A stretch of DNA of 64,000 bases from Callorhinchus milii. Taxonomy: Eukaryota. Positions 12,731 to 26,399 of the stretch are shown piece after piece. The translations under genes and the position numbers were made by a program. The notes under the pieces were generated by a model. The model was given only the letters and a program-made list of their open reading frames with translations. It was not told the origin of the DNA and ran no database searches. Every line of letters starts with the position of its first letter. The first letter of the stretch is position 1. The stretch spans positions 57,600,001-57,664,000 of the forward strand of contig NW_024704742.1 in NCBI RefSeq assembly GCF_018977255.1. The letters are read 5' to 3'.

Positions 12731-13524
12731 AAAATGGGATTATTAAAAAGGTTCACTTAAAAAAATTACCAGTGAGAGAGAGACAGACCAGTGAAGTTGA
12801 GGAGGTCAGAGCCGAAATGAGGAAACTTTGGTTGGAGTTAACGTGGATGGCTTCCGTCTTGTTCTCATTAAATTGCAGGAACACATCTTAGGCACATCTA
12901 CAAACTTTCCCACTGGTGTGTCACTACAAATTGTGTTTGTCTGTTAGTGGGTTTGGTGGCCACCAAATCTATGAGACAGATGTTTTTTAAAAGATTTCTT
13001 GTAAAAGGGCAAAAAAACAGCAGGTGATAGGCGGGAACAACTTGCAAGAGAAGGTAACATGAAAGAATGAATTGTGAATGGTCCTCAACATATCAAAGAA
13101 GGGCTCAAAAGATTAAATCACAGGTAATCACTTGTAATTGATATATAACCTAAGTGATTACTGGAGCTGTAATTTCAGGTTTGTGAATCACCAGGTTGCC
13201 ATCAAATGAGAATATTTGACAAAATAGAATCTTCAGCATTTCTGAAATATTAGCCACAATGGTAATATTTTCCAGGAAATGAGGAGCTTATGAAGTAATT
13301 TGTATGAGGTTGTTAGATTATATAGGGAATTGACAAGATAGAAAGGAAATGACCCTTCCCTCTGGTTGACAAACCTAAAACAAGGGGATATAATTTTAAA
13401 ATGAAAGTTAAGACAGTTACAAATCAGAAAATCTTTGTTCAAGCAAATTCTTTTGCCTCAGAAAGCCAGATAATCAATAATCTTAATCAATAATCTTTGC
13501 TTTTGATATAGAGCTTATCAGTGT

Positions 13525-14702
13525 TTTGTTCAACCCCCGACTCTCCTTTCATGTGGACTCTGACCAAGTCTGCTTTCTGAATCTCCACAGCATTGCCTGC
13601 CTCTGCCACTACCTCGCCCCAATGCAGCAAAAACCTTTAACCATACCTTTGCCAGTTCCTTCTCCTATGCTTTTGCCATCTCTAGATTTTTCCCAAACTG
13701 GCTTTCCCAGCTCCATCCCCCACAAAGTTATTATTCAGAGACCATACAGAACTCCGCAGCTGTGGAGTTCTGTCGCCATGCAAGTGAGAGGACCTGGGTT
13801 CTATTCCCGGCAGGGCGAAACATTGGCCAAGTTTCCTTACCCCACACTCCTCTGTTTACCTAGCAGCAATAGGAACCCGGGTGTTAGTCGATTGGCGGAT
13901 CACTTTTCTGGGGGTAATAATTCCTTAAAAAAAATAATAATAAATTGGACACTTCAATCCACGACTGTTTGTGGGATACTGCTGTGCGCAATTGGTTGCA
14001 GCATTTCGCCCACAAAATATACAGTCAATTCACTTTACAGTATATTTTCTGAGGTGCTTTGAGATGTCTCGAAGACGTGATAAGGCGCTATATCAAATGC
14101 AAGGATTATTATTTATATTAGTATAAAGCTCTGCTGACCCATTTTCAGGCTCTATGAGCCCAATTCTCCCCCCTCCCCCACCATCAACCCATGACTATCC
14201 TTTCTCCCCCACATCTGTGCCATGATCCACTCTGCCTTCCCCATCTCCGCAACATTGCCCAACTCTGCCACTGCCTCACCCCTCTGGCCGTCAAAACCCT
14301 CATACATGCCTTCATTGCAACCAGGCCAACGCCCTACTCGTCAGCCTTCCCAACTCCTCCCTCAAAAAGCTGCAGATCATCCAGAAGTCTGCAGCTCGTG
14401 TCCTCTCTCGCACCAGGTTCTATAACCCCATGACACCCACGCTTGTCCGGCTCCACTGGCTTTCCATCCCTCAGAAGATCGAGTTCAAAATTCTTGTCCT
14501 CACCTTCAAGGCCCTTCATGGCCTTGCTCTCTCCTACTTCTCCGACCTGCTAACCACCGAATCAACCCGTCTGCTCCCTCCGCTCAGCAGCCTCCAGCCT
14601 GCTCCATGTCCCCACCGTCGGTGGTCAAGCCTTCAGCGTCTCTGCCCCTCCCTCGGGTTCTAATCCCTGACTGTTCACCGCCTTGGGATGTCCCCAATGT
14701 TA
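13525..14702 (+). mobile_element. L2 3' fragments interrupted by a SINE
   Basis: HLRNIAQL and RLHWLSIPQKIEFKILVLTFKALHGLA motifs; tail remnant at 14675-14702. Confidence 0.8.
13762..14112 (+). mobile_element. tRNA-Ala SINE, long subfamily (head partly deleted)
   Basis: Same body and tail as the other long copies. Confidence 0.9.
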
Positions 14703-15025
14703 AATAATAATAATAATAATCCTTGCATTTGATATAGCGCTTTTCACGTCGGGAGGACGTCCCAAAGCGCTTCACAGAACACACTGTAAAGTGAATTGAC
14801 TGTATATTTGTGGGCGAACGCGGCAGCCAATTGCGCACAGCAATGTCCCACAAACAGTCATAGATTGAAAGTGACCAATTTATTATTGTTTTGTTTTGGA
14901 GGGATTATTATTAGGCTCTGTGTGGAGTAAGGAAACTTGCCCAAGGTTTCGCCCTCTGCCTGGAATTGAACTCAGATCTCTCACTTGCAAAGCGAGTGCT
15001 CTAACCACTGAGCTACAGGACTCCA
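14703..15025 (-). mobile_element. tRNA-Ala SINE, short subfamily
   Basis: Full length; interrupts an L2 tail. Confidence 0.93.
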
Positions 15026-15414
15026 AAAGGTGCTTTACAAATGTAATTCTGTATTGTACTGTATCCTCACTGACTACCCAATCCTCAGCAAATCAACAGC
15101 AAAATTCTCAACCCCACCCTCATATGCATCCTGGGTTTTGAACCACCCTATTCCTGCAATCTCCAGCCATCCCCCGCACTCCATCCGTTTCGCCAATTCC
15201 AGACTGCTTCATGCCTCCCTCCTCCCTCCCTCCTGCCCACTTGTCCCACCCTCAGCAGATGAACCTTCTACCACATTGACCCCTTCCTCTTGAAATCTCT
15301 AAGGGAATACGATTGTCCTTCCCTCCTCTCTCTACTTTTACATCCTGCCTGGGATCTACTATTCATGCTCTCTATCAGGCCTGTTCATACATTCTTATCT
15401 GTTGGTCTTTTGTT

Positions 15415-15620
15415 TTTTACTCAACTGTGTGTCTGACACATAAGGACGCCCTTCACTGTCCTTAACAGTATCCAAACCAGACAGGTTGCCACATATTTAA
15501 TCCTTATACCTATGGACATCCATTTCTCCATGACATGAATGGAACACATACTTTCTCCCAGAGGGCCACAGCCTGCTACCTATTTCCAGAGATTATTAGG
15601 CACTGGTTGGCAAGCGCCCA
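15415..15620 (-). mobile_element. Family C 3' fragment
   Basis: GTGTCTGACACAT...ATTAGGCACTGGTTGGCAAG. Confidence 0.75.
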
Positions 15621-15674
15621 TGTTACCACAGTTTTATTTTATGCAAAAAAACGTTTTGGTCTCTGAATCCGAAG

Positions 15675-16800
15675 GTTGTGAATAGGGCCATCCTCCTCCA
15701 TCTACCTCTCCTCCTCATCCACCTCAGTGTGACCACACTCACCTGGTTTGAGTCCTACTTAACCAACCACCATCACTTTATCTCCGCAAACGTTCTGTTG
15801 TCCACCCGCACACAGTCACCTGCAGTGTACCCCAAGACTCCATCCTTGGCCCCTTTCTTATCCACATTTACATACTCCCTCTTGGTGATGTAGTCAGCAA
15901 ACACGGAGTAAGTTTCCACATGTATGCGGATGACACCCATACCTACTTCCCCTCTAGCTGCAACTCCAGGTCCGCTGATGTTATGTCAGCTTGTTTGTCG
16001 GACATCAGGGCTTGGAAAAGCGCAAATTTCCTGCAGCTGAATGTCGACAAGATGGAAGCCATAGTCCCTAGCTCCCATAAGACTCTTACATCCTCAACCT
16101 CTCTGGTTAATCGCTAAGACTTCCGGAACCAGGTTCGATCCCCAGCAGTGCTTTCTACCACACATCTGGTCCCTAACCACGATCGCTTTCCTCCACCTCC
16201 GTCACAATACCCACCGCCAACCTTACCTTACACCCAATGCAGCTGAAACCCTCATTCACACTTTTGTTACCTCACGCCTCAACTATTCCAATGCCCTCCT
16301 TGGCTTTCTCCCCAGCTCCACTATTCAAGTAATTCAAAATCCAAGTAATTCAGAACTTCATCGCCTGTATACTCGCCTGTTTAAAATCTGTAACCCCATC
16401 ATACCAGTCCTCGCTAGGTTCCATTAGTTCCCTATCAAAAAACAGATTAACCAAGATTCTCACACTCATCTAAAATCCCTTCATAGCCTGGCACTTCACT
16501 ACCTTTCCGACTGGTTTACTCCCCACTCCACGACTCTACTCAGCTGGCTCCTGCTAGTCCCTCGTCCCCTCCTCTCCACCATCGGCATCCGTGCTTTCAG
16601 CCACTACACTCCAAAGCTTTGAAACTTTCTCACTCAATCCCTCCACCTTGTCCCCTTTTCAGATCACGTCTGAAGACTTTCTTCTTCAACCGTGCTGATA
16701 GTCACATCCTCCCTCTGGCTCAACGTCAGACTGCACCATTGTTAAGTGCTCCAAGACTCTACCCTGCGTGAAGAGAGCTATATAAATGCAAGTTGTTGTT
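15675..16800 (+). mobile_element. Older L2, RT to 3' end
   Basis: YADDT and [20 protein letters not shown] motifs; GCAAGTTGTTGTT tail. Confidence 0.88.
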
Positions 16801-19440
16801 GATATATACTCCATTTTGGGTCTTTAAGCTCAGAGACTGGATTGATATTCCAAAACAATGTTGAAGGCATGTCACATTTTGAATGAAATGTTAAACCAAG
16901 GTCTCGCCTGCCTATTCAAATGGAAAGATTTTAAAAAAGTAGTGATTTTCTCCTGGTATCCTGGCCAACAAAGCTCCATATAAAAATATTGATTATTTGT
17001 TTTTGTCGCTGTTTGTAGGATAATTCTGTGCACAAATTGGCAGCCACATTCGCCTGCAACACTAGATGCACAGTAAAATCCTGTGGAATACATTGAGACA
17101 TTGTAATGTGTGCGCTCTGGGGCGCTACCCTTATGTGAAGGGCACAATATAGCAAGTTGTTGTTGTGTGTTATGTCAAATGCAAGGATTATTATTATCAT
17201 GTATGAAAAAGGAGCAGACTAAGGATTGGTAAAGGTTTTGAAGTTTTTTTATTTTATTTTAAGTGTTTGAGTGATTTTATTAAGACAATGCAGGTATATG
17301 GTTCAGTACTGCAGTTCATGAGTCAAAAATATTTAGAACCCAGTTACCACCAGTACGGAATCTCTGCAAACCAGTCAGGAGCCAAAGGGTTAATGTGGTT
17401 GACAAAGCAGCAGGAACGTGGATGTATGATTTATCTGACATATGTGGCATCCATTTCAAACTAAATAAGGGATAATTGCAAGATTTTTGGTTGTTCTCAG
17501 ATCCAATGTTGTTCCCAAGGATCCAAAGGTGAGGTTAGCCTACACAGTCTTACACAATTACTCAAGAAAGACAACTACACAGGCATCCTCTATTATCTAG
17601 AAACATGTTGCCCATTTCAAAGGACCCCTGACTACATTTACACAGCTGCCTTCCACACTCGGGAGTTTATTTAACCAAACCCTGGATGGGCTTGCTTCAG
17701 ATTCGAACAAAAGACTTACAGTCCTCTGACAGTTTTCTGAACTCACACTGTGTGTAACTATCTGAACACTCGCTCCAGCGCTGCGTACTCGGTGGCTGGT
17801 GTTGGGAATGGGGAGGGAGAAAGAGTGGCAGCAGGCGTGGTCTTTTGCTCAGTTTGCTGTCATGAAAAAGCAGATCACAGGCGGAAGGCAGTCTACACAT
17901 CATTAACTTGTTAGTTGCTGCATATACTTGGAGGTCTGAAACTATTAACACATTATTCGTTCAATTTTTGCAGAACTTTCCAACTAAATTGCTATTGTCC
18001 TGCGTCTCTAGAACTTGCCAGATGTCAAAGCAGCTGTGTTATAAACAAAGTCTTGTACTAAAATGATGATGCATTAACAAATGGGAAACATATTTAATAG
18101 TTTCACAAGATCATGAAGTGACCAAAGAGCTGATTTGTCTTTCCAGTCACGTCAACAGGTTAAACTAGTTCATTACTGTTCTCAGGATTTGGTCTCTGCT
18201 TTGAACATTTTAGACAGTGTACAGGGTGTCCACAAAGTCCTCTTACTACCTCGTTACAAAACGGCGATAAGAGACTACAGAGGAGTTGAAACAAGCAGCA
18301 GAGATGCATCTTGCCCTCGTCACTCCATCATGTTACGGAAGATGCTGCACTGAACATGGGGAGGGATCATTATCTGCCAAGAAAATGATGGAGCTCACAC
18401 CAATCTGGACATCTAAATACAGTTAAACACTTGCACTGAATACAATTAAGTCCTTCTAAATACAATTATTATCATTCTTGCACATGTTTCAGGTGTTGGT
18501 CAGTGCACTGTACAAACAAAAACATGAGGGTAACAGGACTGTGTGGACATCCTGTGATTCAGACAGGAATGTCTGAGCCCATATGCCACTTCTGGATCTG
18601 CGCTGGGAATTGTGTGTCCACATAGTGTGGGCTTCAGCATGACTGCACAATTAGCAACAGGGCTGATGTTCTCACATGGCATATGGGATAATGTCACTGT
18701 GCACATCAACATCATGCACTGATGTCTCCCTGGCACTGCGTATGATTGTGCATTGGCTGCCACTCAGCCTTTTAAAGTGCTTTGAGAGGTTCATTCAACG
18801 GAAAAGGCGCTTTCCAAATGTAAATTGTTGTGGTTGACTGGGGGGAGAATGAAGCCCATTTCCCACCAGGTTCACTTTTGCATTTCAGGAAGCAAACACA
18901 GCAGGGTGGGGCTTGCATAGGACAGTATATGTGTGCTGGCCACGATGACAATATGTAGATTATATTATGATGAAATGCATGCTTGCCAACAGTGGCACAC
19001 ATTTAACTGAGCGACAGAAGTGGGTGTGTCTTTGACATCAACAGCTGAACTCCCCACAGGTGTTGGGTTAAAGCCCAGCAGTCCCCTTTACAGGGCTTTG
19101 TTTAGCTTACAACCGTGCAGTCTCCGGCAGTTCTGCTGACAGCAGCAGAACACTTGTACTCTAAAACCTGTTCTACATATTGAATGGACAAATAGCTACC
19201 ACAAGGTTGCCTTCCTCTCATAGTAAACGACTTTGGCACTGGGGAAGTTCGGCAATACCACAAGAACCCAGAAACAGGCCCTCCCCCTTTAGACTACAGG
19301 AGATTTTACAGACACAGTGCTTGCCTTAGACCAAATAATGTACTCGCCTCACCAGTTAAAGAAATATTAATTAGATCAATTTAAAAAAAAACACAGGGTC
19401 ACATGTATAATTTGTTGATCATTGTTGCACTCTCCAGTAC

Positions 19441-19456
19441 CTGTTGCTAATACCAT
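19441..19456 (-). CDS. Candidate alternative STOX2 first coding exon (MVLAT-G)
   Basis: aaaATGG Kozak, ATG GTA TTA GCA ACA G|GTACTG, a phase-1 donor like exon 1. TATATAAA at 19606-19599 upstream. Lies in a repeat-free island. Confidence 0.45.
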
Positions 19457-19559
19457 TTTTGTGATATAAATATAAAATTAGGGCTGTTGCCTTATTTCCA
19501 GCCACAGATGGCAATCATTTTTGTCACTGAAGAGACTTGAACTCGGGCTTTGTTCCTGT

Positions 19560-19640
19560 GCGCGTGCGTGAATGTGTGGGGGAAAGGGAGGGTCATCATT
19601 TATATAAAAAAAGGCCAAAACCTGACCTTGAACTCAAAGT
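19560..19640 (-). promoter_or_regulatory. Candidate intronic promoter: TATA box plus nuclear-receptor motif
   Basis: TATATAAA (19599-19606) and AGTTCAAGGTCA on the minus strand (19623-19634; DR0 or extended TCAAGGTCA half-site). Confidence 0.4.
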
Positions 19641-20997
19641 GGAATTTGAGCTTTCAATAGATGAAACTCCAGCTACTTTTCAGCTCAGATTGTATTTACA
19701 TCCTTTGTCCACATTCAAATAACTGATTTTGTGGATAATGAATTAGGAACTTCATCAAATATTTTCGTCCTTGGATTGTGAGATTTCTTTTGTTAGCTGG
19801 GAGGCTGTCTCTGAGTGAGGCTCCTTCAAATTAAGCAACAAGTGGGAATGCATGTGTGAACGTTATCTTGCATATCCTCCCCATCCCTTTGATCTCCTAT
19901 CCCACTGATCTGCTTGCTCGTTGCATGTCCTCTGCCCTACCTGCACCACCATTGGTGGCTGATCTTTCCTATTCTACACCTCTAATATCTGGAATGTTTT
20001 CTCTATTTTTCGATACTATTCTGTCTTGTCCTTTATCTGTACTTTTAAGTTCAGCCTGCAAACCTACCTCTTCAACAGTGCCTGCCTACCTAACTCATCA
20101 ACTTTCCCCTGATCGGCATTTTTCCCAGTCACTGTAAAGAGCTTTGAGATTTTATTCTACATGAAGAGTGTTATATGAATATACAACTTGCTACATATCA
20201 ATCTTATTTGATTCGTTCACTGCATTCAGCCACATCAGACAGGATTAATGAAAATTGAGTCAAACGTTATTCATGAGATGGGGAGAAACTCATGAAAAAC
20301 AGTTTAAAACATATATAGATATATACACACACCAAACAAAACTACATAATTGAGGTAATGTAATGATATTGTGGCAGCTCACTTTCTTTTAGCTCTCCAG
20401 ACAAGACCTGAGGCTCTACATCGGATCCTTGCACTGTTGGAGCATGCTTTCTCCAGGAATGAACTCAAATGTTGTGAAGAAATTCATGCTTTATGCTGTC
20501 AGTGACTCTTTCAAAGAGGCTAGCAAGGACAGCAAAAAGCATTTTGTTCATGCAACAGCTTTGAACAATGTGTAATTACAAATCAGACAAGGTCACTCCA
20601 AACTGCCGATTACACAGTGATGTGACGGTTGTAAAACTGAACAAGGCAAAGAGAATGTTTACAACCAAGTAATGCAGCATGAAATGAGTTCTGAACTCCC
20701 TTTTCAGGAACTATACGCAGTATCTTGTTGGGTCTTTCCCCTCCAAGTGAAATGCTGCGAAACAATAAATCTGTGCATCTCAGAAAAGATATCCCTGAAA
20801 TTTACAAATTATTTTGTTGGAGAATTAAATCACAGCACATTACAGTGAGTCTGTTTCTCACAGGGAAGTGGAAATGTTTGCCTCGTTCAAAATGTTCACA
20901 TTTGTTCCCATCTATCAGTGGTCTAATTTGGTACAAGAGCAACAATAATTTACACTGAGAAAGTATCTTTTATGTTGCAAGAACATCTAAAATGCTT

Positions 20998-21370
20998 TAC
21001 TACTACTCCTTGCACTTGATATAGGATCTTATAAAATCATTGAGATATCTCAAAGCGCTTCACAGGAAATACTATAAAGTGGACTGACTGTGTATTTTGT
21101 GGGCAAAATGCAGAAGCCAGTTATGCACAGCAATATCCCACAAACAGCCATGGAATGAGTAACAATTTTTTTATTTGGGGGATTATTGGTCAGGGCACTG
21201 GAAGAAACTCCCTTCTCTTTTCGAATAATGCCATGGGATCTTTAACATCCACCTGAACAGGCAGATGGGGTCTCGGTTTAACGTCTCGTCCGAATGACGG
21301 CATCTCCAACAATGCCACATCACCCCCAGCACTTTATTGGAATGTCAGTACTAAGACTGAGTGGGTGTCG
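20998..21370 (-). mobile_element. DeuSINE
   Basis: Central domain and tail. Other copies at ~570-718, 16850-17200, 22234-22590, 22655-23175, 27690-28010, 33730-34010 and 42670-43230. Confidence 0.8.
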
Positions 21371-23593
21371 AAGCTGGGAAGGAGCGGGGTGGGGCACGGG
21401 GGGAACAGTAGGGTGAAGGTGGCTGAAAGTGCAGTCAAAATGGTCGATTTTCAGGCAGAATTTCAAAGCAGAGATGGGAGGAGGCAAAATGACTTAAGGC
21501 TCCGGCACCAACGATAGGGTGAAGTGGACAGAAGTATGAAGCAGGCTGAAGATGCACAGCAGAGGTAGTGGCCGGGGGAGTAGGTAGGCAGGAGATCACA
21601 TAAGAGATAGGGTGGTGCAAGCTGTGAAGACATTTGAAGGCAAGGGTTTTAAACTGGATCCACTAGGCCGGGAATAGGGAGCCAGCCAGTGGAGCCTGAT
21701 AAGGATAATAAAAATAATAATCCTTGGATTTGATTTAGTGCTTTTCACGTCTTCTAGACGTCCCAAAGCACGTCACAGAATAGACTGTAAAGTGAATTGA
21801 TTGTATATTAGAGGGTGGCAGCCAATTGCATACAGCAGTGTCCAAAAACAGTCGTGGATTGAAGTGACCAATTTATTGTTTTTTTCATTTTCTTGAGGGA
21901 TTATTATGTAGTGTGGGAGAACACGGTAACCCAATTTTGCACAGCATGGATTCAAAACAGTCGTGAAGTGAATGACCAGTCACCTTCTAACAAAACATGA
22001 CGTGAGTTGCGGTGAAAGTTAGAATTCACATTTCCCCAGTGGGTCAATAGGAAAATGCGTTCTATGGAACTACTGAGTCCAGTGCCTTGGGATGTCCCCC
22101 TGATGTGAAAGGTGCTATACAAATGTAATTTTGTTGTTGTTGTTGAGTCACATAAGAACAGCAAAATGGGGAAGAAAATACACAACACGAACAATAGTTG
22201 GATATGAATAGGTGCAGAAATGTGTTTTTTATTAGTCTCAGCTTAGCTCAGTTGGTAGCATTCTCAGTTCTGAGTCAGAACGATGTAGGTTCAAGTGTGA
22301 GAGATAAACTCCTTGCCTCGGCTGATAGCCCAGAGCAGCTGATGTGAGTGTCATCCTTCAGGTGTGACTTTAAACTGAGGTCTCGTCTGCCTGTTCAAGT
22401 GGACTTTAAAGAACCCATGTGGCTATTCGAAAAGAGAAGGGAGTTTCTCCCAGTGTCTTGGCCAAAAATCTTCCTGTTAAATTGGTCATTCACCATCTTC
22501 TTGTTTGTGGAATGTTGCTGTGTTCACCTACAAATGCAGTTACTACACTTAAAAGGAAATGCTGTGAAGCACTTTGATACATTTTGATATTGAATCCTCC
22601 CTGATCTTCCCCTCTCTGGTCCAGTGCAGCTGAGTCTGATTTGATCTTGAATAATAATAATCTTAATGTTTGAATTTGATTTAGCCCCGTATTACTCATT
22701 GAGATGTTTCATAGGATTAACTTGATGTTTAGCGACTTTGTATTTTGTAGGTGAACGTGACAGCCAATATGCACACAGCAATGTCCCACAAAGAGCCATA
22801 AAAGGAATGACCAATTATATCTGGGGGCTTATTGGCCAGGGCACCTCCCTTTTCTTACTGAATAATAAGTTATATTTGATATAATCCCTTTTATGTCAGG
22901 AGATATCTCAAAATGCTTCACAGGACTTAATGTAAAGTGTAGTGACCGGGTATTTGTAGGCAAGCGTCACAGCTAATGTGCCACAAACAGCCAAGGAATT
23001 AATGATAATAGTGCCATAGGAACAGGCTGATAGTTTAATATGTCATCTGAAGGACAGTACCTCCAACAAGCACTCCCCTAGCACTGCACTGTTGTACCAG
23101 CCTCGTCTAGGAGCTCAATGTCCCAATCTAACTGGAATTCAAACCTGGGACTTACCAGGTAAGGTGAGCTAAATAAGAAAATGTAACCTTTTTTAAAAAC
23201 AGAATTTAAAAAAACTCATCTTTAACTACACAAAAAGTTTTTGCTTCCAAATTGGTTTTGATGCATTCATGCATGCTTGCAAACCTACAAGAAAAACACA
23301 GGGAAGATATCACAGGTTGTTCACTTGGATGAGCACCAGATGCAGGACTAGAAACCATGAATTCAAATCTCAGTGGGATTACCCAGCTTTTCACCTTCTC
23401 AAGGTTGATGAAGTAAATGCCATTTCTAAAAATATCCTCCTTGTGAGGAAAATCACAAGAGAGATTCAGAGAGAGATCTCAAGAGAAGTTCAGTTGAAAT
23501 AAGCCTTTGACCTCATCCTTCTAGAATACCCACTCTGCTATTCTTCCATTATAGTAACAAACTATTTATTTAAGAGTCCAGGATCCTGGTCTT

Positions 23594-24390
23594 AACAACA
23601 ACAACATTTGTATAGCGCTTTTCACATCCGGAGGATGTCTTCAATCCACGACTGTTTGTGGGACACCGCTGTGTGCAATTTGGCTGCCACATTTCACCAA
23701 CAAATTTACGGTCAATTTACTTTACAGTATATTCTGTGAAGCTCTTTGAGACGTCTAGAAGACGTAAAAAGCGCTGTATCAAATGCAAGGATTATTATAC
23801 TATTATTTTATTATGTCCCAAGATGCTGGACAGTCAGTGTTTCGGACCCGAGATGGGGGTCGGGATTGGGGAGGGTGGAGGGTGAAGTCGGGTGTGTATC
23901 CAGAGTGATTGAAAGCACGGTCAAAGTGGAGGGTCTTGAGATGGGTCTTGAAGGAGGCAAGGGAGGGGGCAAGGTGGAGGGATTGCAGAATGGAGTTCCA
24001 TAGGGGCAGAGTGGCAGAAGGCCCATCTGCCAATGGTGGGGCGGGTGAAGCATGCAGGAGGTAGGGAGGAGCAAGGCCACAGAGGGCTTTGAAGGCGAGG
24101 ACCAGGATCTTGAACTGCGTGATGGGAAGCCAGTGGAGTCGGGCGAGGATGGGGTTGATAGGGTCACGGAGCCTGGTGCGGGAGAGGACACAGGCTGCAG
24201 AGTTCTGGATGATCTGCAGCCTATGGAGGGAGGAGTTGGGGAGGCCGACAAGCAGGGCATTTGCATAGTCGGGCCTGGAAGTGATGAAGGCATGAACAAG
24301 AGTTTCAGCTGCCTGAGGGGTGCGGTAGTGTCGGAGTCGGGCGATGTTACGGAGATGAGTGAAGGCAAAGTGGGTCATAGCTTGGATGTT
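23594..24390 (-). mobile_element. L2 3' fragment with a SINE piece (23640-23812) inserted in its tail
   Basis: HLRNIARLRHY...LHWLPI...FKTHLKT; ATGTC duplicated around the insert. Confidence 0.9.
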
Positions 24391-24729
24391 AGTATTTTTT
24401 ATTTTTAACTTTCAGTGGTGGGCGATGACTTCCAAGGTCAAGATAGATATAATCATAATATTTATATTTGATACAGCGCCTTTTACAATGGGAGCATGTC
24501 TCAAGGCGCTTCTCAGGATTTTACTGTAAAGTGCAGTGACTATTGTTTGTGGGTAAACCGGGATGGTGGATGAACACTAACTACAGTATTTGTGGTCAGA
24601 ACAACAAAGGTCATTTTTTGTGGATGTGAAAGATCCTGTAACATGATTCAAAAAGAAAAGAGAGTTTCTCCCAGTGCATTTCAGGCTAACAATCCTCCAG
24701 ATAAAATGTTCATTCACCTAGTGGCATTT

Positions 24730-25040
24730 AGCGCAAAACTTTGGGGAAGTTTCCTTACTCCACATGCCTCTGTTCAACTAGCCGTAAGTAGGAACCTGGT
24801 TGTTCATTGATTGGTGGATCACTTTTCTAGTGGTAATAATGCCTTCACAAAAAATATATTAATTTGTTCATTCAATCCATGACTGTTTGTGGGACACTGT
24901 TGTGTGCAATTGGCGGCTGCAATGTTTCGCTCACCAAATACAGATTCAATTCACTTTACAGTATATTCAATGAAGCGCTTTGAGACACCATGAAATCGTG
25001 GTAAGGTGCTATATCAGATGCAAGGATTATTATTATTACG
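24730..25040 (+). mobile_element. tRNA-Ala SINE, long subfamily, 5'-truncated
   Basis: Body and tail match. Confidence 0.85.
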
Positions 25041-25324
25041 ATTATTATGGAGGAATGGCTGCTGTTTTTACTTACGACTATAGTCACTGCACGTCACAAT
25101 TATTTGTGAAGTGCTTCAAGATATTTTGAGGTACAGTATTAAGATCCTATCAAAATGAACGTCTTCTTTTTTGTTCTCTTTCTTTCTGACTTCCTAAATC
25201 ATTGCCTGTAGACAGGCACTAAAGTGCGAATATTAAGGAATTGATGGCACAAGATAGGTTTATATCCAAAAATGTTTTTGCACTTTGTGAACCATTGCCA
25301 CCCGAGAATGATATTCAGATCCAG

Positions 25325-25770
25325 ACAACAACAACACATTGCATTTATTTAGCGCCTATCAGCAAAGACAGTTGAGGGTCAAACAAGACACCTCGGTTCC
25401 TGTCTGGCTTGGTGGGTTGTAGTGAGCAACAATGGAGGTTGATGCTGCCAGAGCTTGAGGTGCTGAGGCGCTGGCGTGAGCCAATCAGGAGGGCCTCAGT
25501 CTTGTTCACCTTCAACTGTAGTAAATTTGCTCTCATCCAGGACTTGATGTCTGACAGACAGTCTGTCAGGACAGCAGTGGTCCTGGAGTTGAGGGTGGAG
25601 GCAGAAAGATAGAGTTGGGTGTCATCCGCATACGTATGGAAGTTGACCCCATGTCTACGGATGATATCACCAAGAGAGACCATATAGATATTGAAGAGGA
25701 GGGGATGAAGGACAGAGCCCTGAGGAAGACCACACGAAACGGTGCGGGAGCTGGAGGAGAAACCATTTGA
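25325..25770 (-). mobile_element. L2 RT fragment
   Basis: [14 protein letters not shown]...[13 protein letters not shown]. Confidence 0.9.
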
Positions 25771-25774
25771 CTAC

Positions 25775-26303
25775 TATTCCTAGTAGTAGTCCTGTTGTGT
25801 TAAAACTAGATGGAAGATCAAATTGAGTCATTCCTCTAAAGTGATCTCATTAGTCTTGTGCCTGAGCCAAGCAGGTCCACGCAGACTAAAGCACTGATGA
25901 TTCTTGGACCAAACGTAGCTCATTACTGGGCTTGGAGGATGAGATCAGTCACTGAGTACAAGGATGCTTCTCACTCAGTTCCCATTATCTCTCAAAGCCC
26001 AAATCTTAATGGGTAGCAGTTTTTCTAACTGGGCAAACATCAAGAAGCTTCACAATGATAAACTGTGCATTGTATCTAGTTACTCGCCCACAGCACACTG
26101 TGGGGTCATCAAGTCTTTTACCATCCTGCTCCTTATCTCTCTGAAGAATAGGTAAGCAGGATGTGTCTCTGGGGAGAGAGTGCATACTCCATAAATGGAC
26201 AAATGGAAACCATACACGTGGAACTCTGAGTTGTTCGTTTTTGAGCTTCGTAAGCACAGCTTTGGGATTTCACTTGTATCAGACACTTGACTGACCAAAA
26301 AAA
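25775..26303 (+). mobile_element. Family C copy, diverged
   Basis: CCTGAGCCAAG...TAGGTAAGCAGGATG...TCAGACACTTGACTGACCAAAAAAA. Confidence 0.75.
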
Positions 26304-26399
26304 TACTTTATGTGTAAAGAAATACTTTCCTGGTGTCTGTGTTCAAATGGCCTTTCATAACCCTAAACCTCCTGCTACTTGCAATGATCATTTGGGGTT

